Notes: generated by a model not told the origin, from the letters alone. A DNA stretch of 64,000 nucleotides from Phycisphaerae bacterium (GCA_039794345.1 JBDIVQ010000005.1:2132-66131); one strand, 5' to 3'; counted from the first letter of the stretch, positions 53,506 through 61,835 are shown. A program made the numbers and translations.

Positions 53506-53543
53506 GCCGGGCGGCTCGCATCCGTGAACGGGAAAACGAAAAA

Positions 53544-53581
53544 GGCGGAGGCCCCCACGAGTGGCGCCTCCGCCTCTTTTT
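53544..53581. terminator. candidate bidirectional intrinsic terminator
   Basis: A 9-bp GC stem (ggcggaggc 53544..53552 / gcctccgcc 53566..53574) with an A-run on the left and tcttttt on the right. It lies between the convergent OmpA-like (+) and YhaM-like (-) genes. Confidence 0.7.
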
Positions 53582-53712
53582 GGCGACAGGCACAAGTCGC
53601 CGCGAAAGTGTGAACTCCAATATACCAGAACTTTCGCTGACGCGGGCCGGGAATCCACGATTTTGCGCGAAGTTGGAAAGAGAGTGAAGGTGCTACCCCG
53701 GCTCGGGGTGAG

Positions 53713-54723
53713 TTATTGGACCTTGATCCCGCCACCCTCCGCCAGGGGGTCCGGGCGGTAGAGCCGCGTGTCGAGTCCCCAGATCTTGTCCGTGAACTCC
53801 GACACCCCATCGACGAGGTTTCCTGCGTCCGGCCGGGCGTTGTCGATGCCCATCTGCGTCTTGGCGTCGAGTTCATCGAGGCGGGAGATGAAGATGGCCT
53901 CCGGGGTCGAGGGCACCTTGGCGGCGCCGAACTCCGGCACGCCGTGGTGCGAGAGAATGATGTGATGCAGGACGAGCAGCGCCTCGCGCGGCAACTCAGG
54001 CCCGCCCTTCGCCCGCGCCGCATCGGCCTTGCGCTGCAGCCAGAGCGATCCCAGCACGATGTGTCCGATCAACTGCCCTTCCGTCGTGTAGGCGAAACCG
54101 TAGTCGTAGGACATCTCCCGGCACTTGGCGATGTCGTGGAGGAAGAGGCCGGCAAGGACGAGATCGCGGTTGAGTTTGGGATACAGCGGCAGCATGCGGT
54201 CGGCGAGGGTGAGCAGTTGCAGCGTGTGTTCGAGCAGCCCGCCGAGGTAGGCGTGGTGCATCGAGACGGCGGCGGGCGAAGCGCGCAGCGCATCCATCAG
54301 CGCCTTGTCGCCGAGGTACTCGTCGATGAGGGCCTTGAGGCCCCCGTGGCCGATCGTCGCGAGCAGCGCGCGCAGCTGACGCTCCATCTCCTCGACATCC
54401 TTGCTCGTGGACGGGAGGAGGTTGGGCAAATCTTCCTCGGCGACGTCCACGGCCCGGATGTCCTGCACGATGAGTTGCCGCTCGCCCTGGTAGGGCTGAG
54501 TCTGTCCTTCGAGCCAGACGAAGCCGTTGGTCGGCAGGCTGCGGAACTGCTGCTCGGTGATGTTCCACATGCGGGCGGTGATCTGCCCGCTCCTGTCGCG
54601 GATCAGGGCCTTGAGATAAGGCTTGCCGGCCCGCGTCTGCCCGAGTTGCGCGTTGTAGATGCAGTAGACCCCTTCAAGGTACTGCGAGTTCTCGAACTCG
54701 GAGATGAAGATGTGCTTGGACAT
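53713..54723 (-). CDS. YhaM-like 3'-5' exoribonuclease (OB-fold + HD domain)
   Basis: Part of ORF 53713..54837, starting at MSKHIFISEF. N-terminal OB-fold (GKPYLKALIRDRSGQITARMW). HD domain (HHAYLGGLLEHTL...LFLHDIAK...HHIILSHHG). Confidence 0.8.
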   Translation of the reverse strand: MSKHIFISEFENSQYLEGVYCIYNAQLGQTRAGKPYLKALIRDRSGQITARMWNITEQQFRSLPTNGFVWLEGQTQPYQGERQLIVQDIRAVDVAEEDLPNLLPSTSKDVEEMERQLRALLATIGHGGLKALIDEYLGDKALMDALRASPAAVSMHHAYLGGLLEHTLQLLTLADRMLPLYPKLNRDLVLAGLFLHDIAKCREMSYDYGFAYTTEGQLIGHIVLGSLWLQRKADAARAKGGPELPREALLVLHHIILSHHGVPEFGAAKVPSTPEAIFISRLDELDAKTQMGIDNARPDAGNLVDGVSEFTDKIWGLDTRLYRPDPLAEGGGIKVQ

Positions 54724-54926
54724 GCGGGCCGCGGCCTTCTGCTGGTGGATAGTCAAGGGGGCATCGTAGCCGGAAGGTGGCCCCGCAGCAGGAGTGGTGT
54801 GGCGGCACATGTTGGGGCGTCTCGCACGTGAGGTCAATAGTTGACCGCTTGGCTCAATGCGGAATGAAGAGCCGCGATGGCGCGTCTTGAGCGCTGTAGA
54901 GTAGATGTTCCTTGAGGAGATGAGCT

Positions 54927-55553
54927 ATGCCGCAGCGTGTTACACCGATCTTCGGGCTTGTGATGGTGTCTGTGCTTGCTATCGTGGGAAACGGCTGCGC
55001 TTCCTACTACGGCGGGACATCAAACGAAAGCCCCATCTTGGTCGCTGAGCATGGTTCAGTCGTCCCGCTCTACCGCTTGTCGATCTGGCAGGAGCCGTCT
55101 TTCCCGGATCCTTTCGGCCGGCCCGTGCTGAGTGCGCTGGTCCATGAGCCGAAGACTGATCTCTCTTCCGCAGAACTCAAACAGCTGCTCTCGTCGATTC
55201 CAGATGAGTATGTCCTTGAGCGCTCTGACGGCGAATTGACCACCGCCAGAACGCTCAGAAATCCTGTTGCCAAGGCGACGTCAAACGAAGTGGCGTGGGA
55301 CATGCGCTGGGTGCTCAGTATCGAGCCGCTCGTCATTGCGATCTCGGCGTACTCTCCCGATGCCTGGTATGAGCGTGACCCCACCTGGGCACGATTCTCC
55401 AATCCACCGATGCGTTTCGTGGAAGAGCGACTCAAGTCGGTGCAAGTCACGCGGTACATCGTCGTGCGGGATCGCGAACCAGTGACAACGGTGCTGAACC
55501 AAGAGCGTTCCCTTGGAGCGCTACTTGAATCGCAGCCGTGGAACGGCGAGTAG
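54927..55553 (+). CDS. hypothetical lipoprotein (orphan, lower G+C)
   Basis: Lipobox VLAIVGNGC, preceded by GAGGAG. No recognisable domain. Many A/T third positions (GTT ACA ... CTT GCT ... TCT), unlike the neighbouring genes. Confidence 0.6.
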   Translation: MPQRVTPIFGLVMVSVLAIVGNGCASYYGGTSNESPILVAEHGSVVPLYRLSIWQEPSFPDPFGRPVLSALVHEPKTDLSSAELKQLLSSIPDEYVLERSDGELTTARTLRNPVAKATSNEVAWDMRWVLSIEPLVIAISAYSPDAWYERDPTWARFSNPPMRFVEERLKSVQVTRYIVVRDREPVTTVLNQERSLGALLESQPWNGE

Positions 55554-55639
55554 AGTCCTCAGAGGGGCAGCATGTCGCCCCGATCGCGGTGCGCACTGAC
55601 TCGACTCTAACTGCACGTTCGCACATCGCATCGGTGCAA

Positions 55640-57121
55640 TCATGAGTCGAGACGTTCCCGCACCAGTTGGATGAAGCGCTGCCCGCGCTGCTCGAAGTTG
55701 GTGAACTGGTCCCAACTGGCGCAGCCGGGGCTGAGCAGGAGAATGTCGCCGGCCTCCATTCGCGCCATGGCGCTGCGGACCGCAACGTCCAGCGTGCGGC
55801 AGTGCAGGCACGTCCCCGTCGGCGCAAGGTCGTGGATCCGCTCGCCCACCGCGCCGATGGCGTAGAGTCGCGCGACGCGCTCGCCCAGCGCCGCCAGCGG
55901 CGCGAGATCCGCCTTCTTGTCGTACCCGCCGACGATGAGGTGCAGCCGCGCGGGATCATCGAAGGACTCGACCGCGAGCGCGGCAGCGGCGGGGGTGGTG
56001 CACTTGGAGTCGTTGTAGAAGCGCCGGCCGTCCTTCGTCTGCGCCACGAGTTCGAGTCGGTGGGGAAGGCCGCGGAAGTCCGCCAGCGCGGCGATTGATT
56101 CGTCAAATGGCACGCCAGCCGCACGGCATGCCTCAGCGGCCATGAGCGCATTGAGGCGATTGTGCCCGCCGGGGATGAGCAGGCTGATCCCCGCGAATCG
56201 CAGGTCGTCCGCGGCGATGTCAGTGCGCTCGACGCCTTCGCTGGTCGGCCAGTCGCGCAGGCCGGGGCCGAGGATCGCGTGATCACCGGGGTGCTGGTGC
56301 GCCAGCAGGTGCTGCTTGGAGGCGCGGTAGTGATCGAGCGAGCCATGCCAGTCGGCGTGGTTGTCGCTGAAGTTCGTGATGACGGCGACGTGGGGGGACC
56401 ATTTGTGGGTTTTGGTTAGCCGCGACGCGGAGGCTTTGCGCAGCGGAGCGCGGGCGTGCGACGTTGAAAAGTCACCCCCACCCCCGCCCTCCCCCGCAGA
56501 GCCGGGGGAGGGAGTGCCTTCGGTTAGCCGCGACGCGAAGGCTTTGCGCAGCGGAGCGCGGTCGTCCGCAGTCCCCGCGCCCCCCAGCCACCACAGCATC
56601 GCGCTGGACAACTCGAGCACGACCCACTCCTCCGCGCCGATCTCGACGCCGAGCAGCGAGCCGCCGATGTTGCCGCCGAGGTGCGCGGCGCCGCAGTGCG
56701 CCCGCAGGATGTGATGAATCATCGCGCTCGTTGTGGACTTGCCCGCCGTACCTGTCACGCCGATGATGCGATCGCGATCGGGCAGTGAATCGATGAGCAG
56801 TTCGATCTCCGTGGTGATCTCTGCGCCCGCCTCGCGTGCCGCGTTGAGGAACCGGTTCTCCCACGGCCGCGGCACCGCCGGATTCGCCACGACCAGGTCC
56901 GTCTCGCGGAAGTCGCGCTCCTCGTGCCCGCCGAGAACCAGCGTCACCTGTCCGGCATCAACCAAATCGCGCACGGATTCGAGCGAATCGGCGAGTTGAT
57001 CGGCAGAGGCGAGATCGGTCAGCAGCACGCGGCAGCCGCAGCGCTGCACGAGCCAGCGCGTTACTCCGACGCCGCCGCCGAAGTGCCCGAGGCCCATCAC
57101 GGTGACCCGCTGTTGCGTCAT
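55640..57121 (-). CDS. murD: UDP-N-acetylmuramoylalanine--D-glutamate ligase, carrying an in-frame repeat insertion
   Basis: VTVMGLGHFGGGVG Rossmann N-domain. GVTGTAGKSTT P-loop. VLELSS strand. ITNFSDNHADWHG. C-terminal YNDSKCTTP and LLLSPGCASWDQF. About 57 extra codons lie between VLELSS and AVITNF. Confidence 0.9.
   Translation of the reverse strand: MTQQRVTVMGLGHFGGGVGVTRWLVQRCGCRVLLTDLASADQLADSLESVRDLVDAGQVTLVLGGHEERDFRETDLVVANPAVPRPWENRFLNAAREAGAEITTEIELLIDSLPDRDRIIGVTGTAGKSTTSAMIHHILRAHCGAAHLGGNIGGSLLGVEIGAEEWVVLELSSAMLWWLGGAGTADDRAPLRKAFASRLTEGTPSPGSAGEGGGGGDFSTSHARAPLRKASASRLTKTHKWSPHVAVITNFSDNHADWHGSLDHYRASKQHLLAHQHPGDHAILGPGLRDWPTSEGVERTDIAADDLRFAGISLLIPGGHNRLNALMAAEACRAAGVPFDESIAALADFRGLPHRLELVAQTKDGRRFYNDSKCTTPAAAALAVESFDDPARLHLIVGGYDKKADLAPLAALGERVARLYAIGAVGERIHDLAPTGTCLHCRTLDVAVRSAMARMEAGDILLLSPGCASWDQFTNFEQRGQRFIQLVRERLDS
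56414..56561. repeat. direct-repeat pair with central hairpin embedded in frame in murD
   Basis: 40-nt units ggttagccgcgacgcg[g/a]aggctttgcgcagcggagcgcgg at 56414..56453 and 56522..56561 (39/40 identical, 108-nt period). A perfect 10-bp stem lies between them: ccctcccccg 56487..56496 / cgggggaggg 56503..56512. Confidence 0.85.
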
Positions 57122-58530
57122 GGCTGGCCGTAGCGGTGGCGGTATTTGCGGTCGAGCGCCTTCTGCTTGTTGTCGAGATCGACTTCCGCCCCGTCGATGT
57201 ATGCGGCGAGGACGTGGGTGGTGATTTCGAGCGGATCGCCGTCGGTGATGATGAGCGTGGCGTTCTTGCCGGTTTCGAGCGAGCCGAGCACCTTGCCCGC
57301 TCCGATGATTTCGGCGGCGCTGAGTGTGACGGCGCGCAGAGCGATCTCAGCGGGCAGGCCGTACGCCGCCGACTTCGCCGCGTGATAGGGCAGGCTGCGC
57401 TCGTGGGCCGGCTCTTCGCCGCTGGCGATGCAGAAGCGAATGCCCGCCTCGTGAAGCGCCAGCGGCAGCGTGAAAGGCTGGTCGTGCGCAAGGTCGCGGC
57501 GCGTCGGCATGCGGTGCGTGCCGACGACGATAACGGGAACGTCGTGAGCCTTGAGCAGGTCGAGGCACTGGTCCGCGTCGGCACCGCCGACGATCACCGC
57601 GCGCAGGTTCATGCGGTTGGCCCACGCGACGGCCGAACGGATCTGCGCCGCATCGCCCGCGTGAATGAAGACCGGCACGAGGCGGTCGATCGCCGGCAGC
57701 ATCGACTCGAGGCGCAGGTCAACGGGGAAGGTGGGATCGGCGCTGCGGGCGCGCTGATAGGCCCTGGCCTCCTCGAAGGCGCGGTCGATGCGGTCGAGAT
57801 TCTCTTTGCTGCGGCGGAGTTGCTCCTCTTCGCTCTCCTCGATCCACCACGCCGTGCGCGGCCGGACGTTGGGCCAGCGCACCACCAGCCCGGCGCGGTC
57901 GGCGATGGTGAGTTCTTCCGTCGTCCAGCCGTCGAGGCGGATCGTCGAGCAATAACCCGAGATTGTCCCTCCCTGCGGCACGACGAGGGCGGTGAGGATG
58001 CCGTTGGCGCGTGTGACGGGGATGAGCGCGCTGTCGGGGTTGACGGCGATGACGGCGCGGACCTCGGGCGTGATCGCGCCGGTTTCGCTCACGTCGATCG
58101 TGGCGCGGACGGCGCCGATCTCGCTCAGCCCCAGCGTCGTGTCGGCGCTGATCAGGCCGGGATAGACGTGCTTCCCCGCGGCGTCGATCACTTCCGTCTC
58201 GCCCGCGGCGGCGTAGGCGCCGGCGCCCACGTCGGTGATGATCCCGTCGCGGAAGACGATGTAGCCGCGCTCGATCGACTCGCTCGACACCGGGTGGATC
58301 GTCGCGTTGACGATGGCGATGGTCTTCTCCTGCGGCTGCCCGGGGATCTGGATCGACTGGGCGTGCGCCGATGCCACGAGGCACAGCGCCGCCGACACAG
58401 CGAGAAGCACTGAGGCGGACGCCCACGATGAGGCTCTGCGAATCGTGGGGTGCTCTCCGCGAATCGCAGCGAGCCTTCGCTCCCCTGCGCAGAGCCTTCG
58501 GGTCGCGGCTAAACAGGTCATCAGGTTCAT
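57118..58530 (-). CDS. amidohydrolase-family protein (secreted), metal-binding HxH motif apparently absent
   Basis: Part of ORF 57118..58824, starting at MNLMTCL (ATG after GGAGGAA). Signal-like ASASVLLAVSAALCLVASAHA. Amidohydrolase N-terminal pattern (IVNATIHPVS...GKHVYPGLISADTTLG), where ISAD replaces the usual xDxHxH. The stop overlaps the murD start (ATGA). Confidence 0.75.
   Translation of the reverse strand: MNLMTCLAATRRLCAGERRLAAIRGEHPTIRRASSWASASVLLAVSAALCLVASAHAQSIQIPGQPQEKTIAIVNATIHPVSSESIERGYIVFRDGIITDVGAGAYAAAGETEVIDAAGKHVYPGLISADTTLGLSEIGAVRATIDVSETGAITPEVRAVIAVNPDSALIPVTRANGILTALVVPQGGTISGYCSTIRLDGWTTEELTIADRAGLVVRWPNVRPRTAWWIEESEEEQLRRSKENLDRIDRAFEEARAYQRARSADPTFPVDLRLESMLPAIDRLVPVFIHAGDAAQIRSAVAWANRMNLRAVIVGGADADQCLDLLKAHDVPVIVVGTHRMPTRRDLAHDQPFTLPLALHEAGIRFCIASGEEPAHERSLPYHAAKSAAYGLPAEIALRAVTLSAAEIIGAGKVLGSLETGKNATLIITDGDPLEITTHVLAAYIDGAEVDLDNKQKALDRKYRHRYGQP
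58420..58514. repeat. composite of the murD-type and nuoJ-type repeat units inside the amidohydrolase 5' coding region
   Basis: The reverse complement of 58478..58514 matches the murD unit at 33/37. The reverse complement of 58420..58450 matches nuoJ 33705..33735 at 30/31. A partial extra unit (gcgaatcgcagcgagcc) lies between them. Confidence 0.8.
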
Positions 58531-61500
58531 TGGTGGTATTCCTCCATTCCGCAGCCGCACTCGCCCGGGCGCGAGGAGTGGGGGTCGTAGCCCATCTCGT
58601 AGCGGCGGCGCATCAGTTCCGCGAGAGCGCGGCGCTCGGGGGGGATGTCGCCCTCCTCGGCCGGCTCGGCAGGCTTCTCCTCCTCCGCCTTCTTCCGGTC
58701 CTTTTCCGGGTCCTTGAGGTTCTTTCTGAGGACCTTCTGAATGAGGCGCTGGCGCTCCGCCTTTGCCGCCTGCTGCATCGCGAGGTCGCTCTCGATGCTG
58801 AACATCTGCCGCCCCTCGATCCACGTCTGTTCGCAGCGGGCGAGCGTGCTCAGCGGCGAGGCGGACCAGATGACGAAGTCCGCGTCCTTGCCGACCTCGA
58901 TCGAGCCGACGCGGTCGTCGATCGCCAGTTGCCTCGCGGGATTGATGGTGACGAACTTGAGGGCCTCGGCGGGATCGACGCCGCCGTAGCGCACCGCCTT
59001 GGCCGCCTCGGTGTTCATGCGGCGGGCGAGTTCATCGGAGTCGGAATTGAAACTGACGACGACTCCCGCGTTGTGCATGATCGCGCCGGCGTAGGGGATG
59101 GCGTCGTAGACCTCAAACTTGTAGGCCCACCAGTCGCTGAAGGCCGACCCGCCCACGCCGTGTGCGGCCATCTCGCTGGCGACCTTGTAGCCCTCGAGAA
59201 TGTGCTGGAACGTGCCCAGCGTGAAGCCGAACTCGTCCGCGACGCGAATGAGCATGAGAATCTCATCCTGCCGGTAGGAGTGGCAGTGGACGAGGCGCTC
59301 GCCGGCGAGGATTTCGGCGAGTGTTTCGAGTTCGAGGTCGCGGCGCGGGGGATACTGGCGCTTCGTCGTCGCCTCGCCCGTGTTGTAGCGCTGCCAGGCT
59401 TCGGCGTAGTCCCGCGCCGCGAGAAAGGCACTGCGGATGAGCGTCTCGACGCCCATGCGCGACTGCGGGTAGCGCGTCGTGAAGTTGTCGCCCCAGTTGG
59501 CCTGCTTGACGTTCTCGCCTAGCGCGAACTTGATGCCGCCCTTGGCGCCCTCGAAGCGGAATTGCTCCGGCCCGAGTCCCCAGCGGATCTTCACGACGGA
59601 GTTCTGCCCGCCGATCGGGTTCGCCGAGCCGTGCAATTGGTTTGCGGCGGTGAGGCCCCCCGCGAGCTGGCGGTACCAGTTGATGTCATCGGGGTCGATG
59701 GCGTCGTTGATGCGCACTTCGGCCGTGATCGCCTGCGTGCCCTCGTTGATGCTGCCGCGGTCAATGCCGGTGTGCGAGTGACAGTCGATCAGGCCCGGCG
59801 TGAGGTGCTTGCCCGTCGCGTCAATGATGAGCGCGCCGGAGGGGGCGGCGAGGCTGCGGCCGATCTGCGCAATCTTCCCGCTCTGCACCAGCACATCGGT
59901 CTGTTCGAGGATGCCCGCCTCGGCGCTCGTCCAGACGGTGGCGTTGCGGACGAGCACGGCCTCGGGCTGGTCGCGCGGCTCGATGAGGCCGAACGCGCCC
60001 AGAGGCGTGGGATACTGCGCCGGTGCCGGCTCGTAAGGCTCCTCATCCGGCTTCTTCGCGTCTTTCGGCTCGTCATCCTGTGCTCCCGGCGCGTCAGCGG
60101 CTTGCTTCGCTTCGTCGGCATCCTCCTCGGCGCCGTCGTCGGCCTCCTCGGCCTCGATTTCTTGTGCGTCCTCCGCCCCATCGTCGTCGTCGTCGCTTTC
60201 AGCGGCGGCGTCGGGTTCTTCCGGCTTGCGCACGGCCGACCAGTCGAGTTCCTGCCCGTCGGCGGTTCGGATGATGCCGCGCATCGCATCGCCTTCGACG
60301 ACGCTGGTGTACTGCTCCCACGCGCCGCGGCCGTGCAGGTGGCCCGGGAGGACGAAACTGAGTCGCTCGACGCGCCACGAGACGGCCTTGGCCTTGGTCT
60401 TCGTCTCGCCGATCGCCGCCTCGACCTCCGGCGATTCGGGCTTGCCGGTGATGATGAGGTCGAAGGTCGCGCCTCCTTCGCCGCCGAGCGTCGCCGCCCA
60501 GGTTCCCTGTGGTTTGACGGGGGGGACGGGCTTGAGTTCAATGCGTTCGCCGTTCACCCACAATGCGGTGACGGTGCGGTCTTCGCCGAAGATCTCACCA
60601 GTTCCCTCGATGACGGCGAGGTGGGCGATCATGCCCTGCTCGAGGCTCCCCACCACCTTGTCGAGTGCGAGGATCTTCGCGGGTGTGGTGGTGAGGGCCG
60701 CGAGCGCCTGCTCTTCCGTCAGCCCCTCCTTGATCGCCATTCGCAGATTGTCGAGGAACTTGTCGCGCTGGCGCAGAGAGGCGGTGGTGAGGGCGACCGT
60801 CGCCCCGCCCTCGATGAGGCGGCGGGGGTTGGTCGGCGCCTGCTCCCAGTGCATGAGGGTGAGGAGATCGACGCTGTCGGCGTCCTCGATCGCCTCGATC
60901 TTCGGCGGGCCGGGGAAATTGATCGGCAGGATGACGGGAAGGTTGGTTTCGAGGACTTCGCCGAGGCGTTGATACTCCTGCCCGCTGCCGAGCGCGTAGA
61001 GGTTGAGGTTGAACTCATCGCGCAGCCTCGCCGCGCGGAGCAGGTCGAGTTCATCGCTGGTGTTGAAGAGGACGGGATGCGGCGGGGTGCGCACGACGCC
61101 GCGAAGCGCCGCCAGCGAGTCGTTGGGCACGGGCGGCTCGAGGTGCATGGGGTTGAGGCGGTAGATGTCCATGCAGTGGGCGTACCAGTCGGCGTCGATG
61201 AACGTCTGCCGCACCAGCGCAACGGCGCCGATGAGCGAGCCGGGATACCCCTCGCTGCGCCAACCGCCCGTTTCAAACTGGACGACCTGCGCGCCGCGCG
61301 GCTGGTGGACGATCATCTCCGCCCCGTCGGCGACGAGGGCGATGGTCGCCGCCTGCCCGCGGAAGATGCCCGAGTCGGGGACGATCTGTGCGGCCGTGAA
61401 GCCGATCTTGTGCAGCGACTCGATCACGCTGCGCTCGATCGGGGCCGCATTGAGGGCGCTGAACTCGGCGCGGACCTTGCTGTTCCAGTGCAGTCCGGGC

Positions 61501-61835
61501 GAACTCGGCAAAGACGCCGGCGCGCGCACCGGCACCGCCAGGTCGATGAAGCCGGCATGGACGGTGTGGCCGGTCAGGTCCCAGACGCGCGCGTCGGGGG
61601 GGATGTTCGGCTCAGCGCCGACGTACTCGATCACGCCGTCGCGCAGGACGATCGTGCCCTGCTCGATGACTTTGCCCGGTGCGACGATGATGCGGGCGTT
61701 GGCGAGGGCGTGGATGCGCGGGACGTTGGGCGGCGGGCCGTTGGCCGGCTCGCTCGGCGGCTGGGCCGGTGCGGCGGCGTGCAGCATCCAGGAGAGGGAC
61801 AAGAGGGCGAGGCCGAAACGCGAGTGGCGAGCCAT
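58527..61835 (-). CDS. large two-module amidohydrolase-family protein (secreted)
   Basis: Part of ORF 58527..61928, starting at MARHSRFGLALLSLSWMLHAAAPA (signal). The N-module has GHTVHAGFIDLAVPV (no HxH). An acidic Asp/Glu/Ala linker follows. The C-module has GKHLTPGLIDCHSHTGID (intact HxH) and a later VSFNSDSDE. The stop overlaps the next start (ATGA). Confidence 0.8.
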   Translation of the reverse strand: MARHSRFGLALLSLSWMLHAAAPAQPPSEPANGPPPNVPRIHALANARIIVAPGKVIEQGTIVLRDGVIEYVGAEPNIPPDARVWDLTGHTVHAGFIDLAVPVRAPASLPSSPGLHWNSKVRAEFSALNAAPIERSVIESLHKIGFTAAQIVPDSGIFRGQAATIALVADGAEMIVHQPRGAQVVQFETGGWRSEGYPGSLIGAVALVRQTFIDADWYAHCMDIYRLNPMHLEPPVPNDSLAALRGVVRTPPHPVLFNTSDELDLLRAARLRDEFNLNLYALGSGQEYQRLGEVLETNLPVILPINFPGPPKIEAIEDADSVDLLTLMHWEQAPTNPRRLIEGGATVALTTASLRQRDKFLDNLRMAIKEGLTEEQALAALTTTPAKILALDKVVGSLEQGMIAHLAVIEGTGEIFGEDRTVTALWVNGERIELKPVPPVKPQGTWAATLGGEGGATFDLIITGKPESPEVEAAIGETKTKAKAVSWRVERLSFVLPGHLHGRGAWEQYTSVVEGDAMRGIIRTADGQELDWSAVRKPEEPDAAAESDDDDDGAEDAQEIEAEEADDGAEEDADEAKQAADAPGAQDDEPKDAKKPDEEPYEPAPAQYPTPLGAFGLIEPRDQPEAVLVRNATVWTSAEAGILEQTDVLVQSGKIAQIGRSLAAPSGALIIDATGKHLTPGLIDCHSHTGIDRGSINEGTQAITAEVRINDAIDPDDINWYRQLAGGLTAANQLHGSANPIGGQNSVVKIRWGLGPEQFRFEGAKGGIKFALGENVKQANWGDNFTTRYPQSRMGVETLIRSAFLAARDYAEAWQRYNTGEATTKRQYPPRRDLELETLAEILAGERLVHCHSYRQDEILMLIRVADEFGFTLGTFQHILEGYKVASEMAAHGVGGSAFSDWWAYKFEVYDAIPYAGAIMHNAGVVVSFNSDSDELARRMNTEAAKAVRYGGVDPAEALKFVTINPARQLAIDDRVGSIEVGKDADFVIWSASPLSTLARCEQTWIEGRQMFSIESDLAMQQAAKAERQRLIQKVLRKNLKDPEKDRKKAEEEKPAEPAEEGDIPPERRALAELMRRRYEMGYDPHSSRPGECGCGMEEYHQ

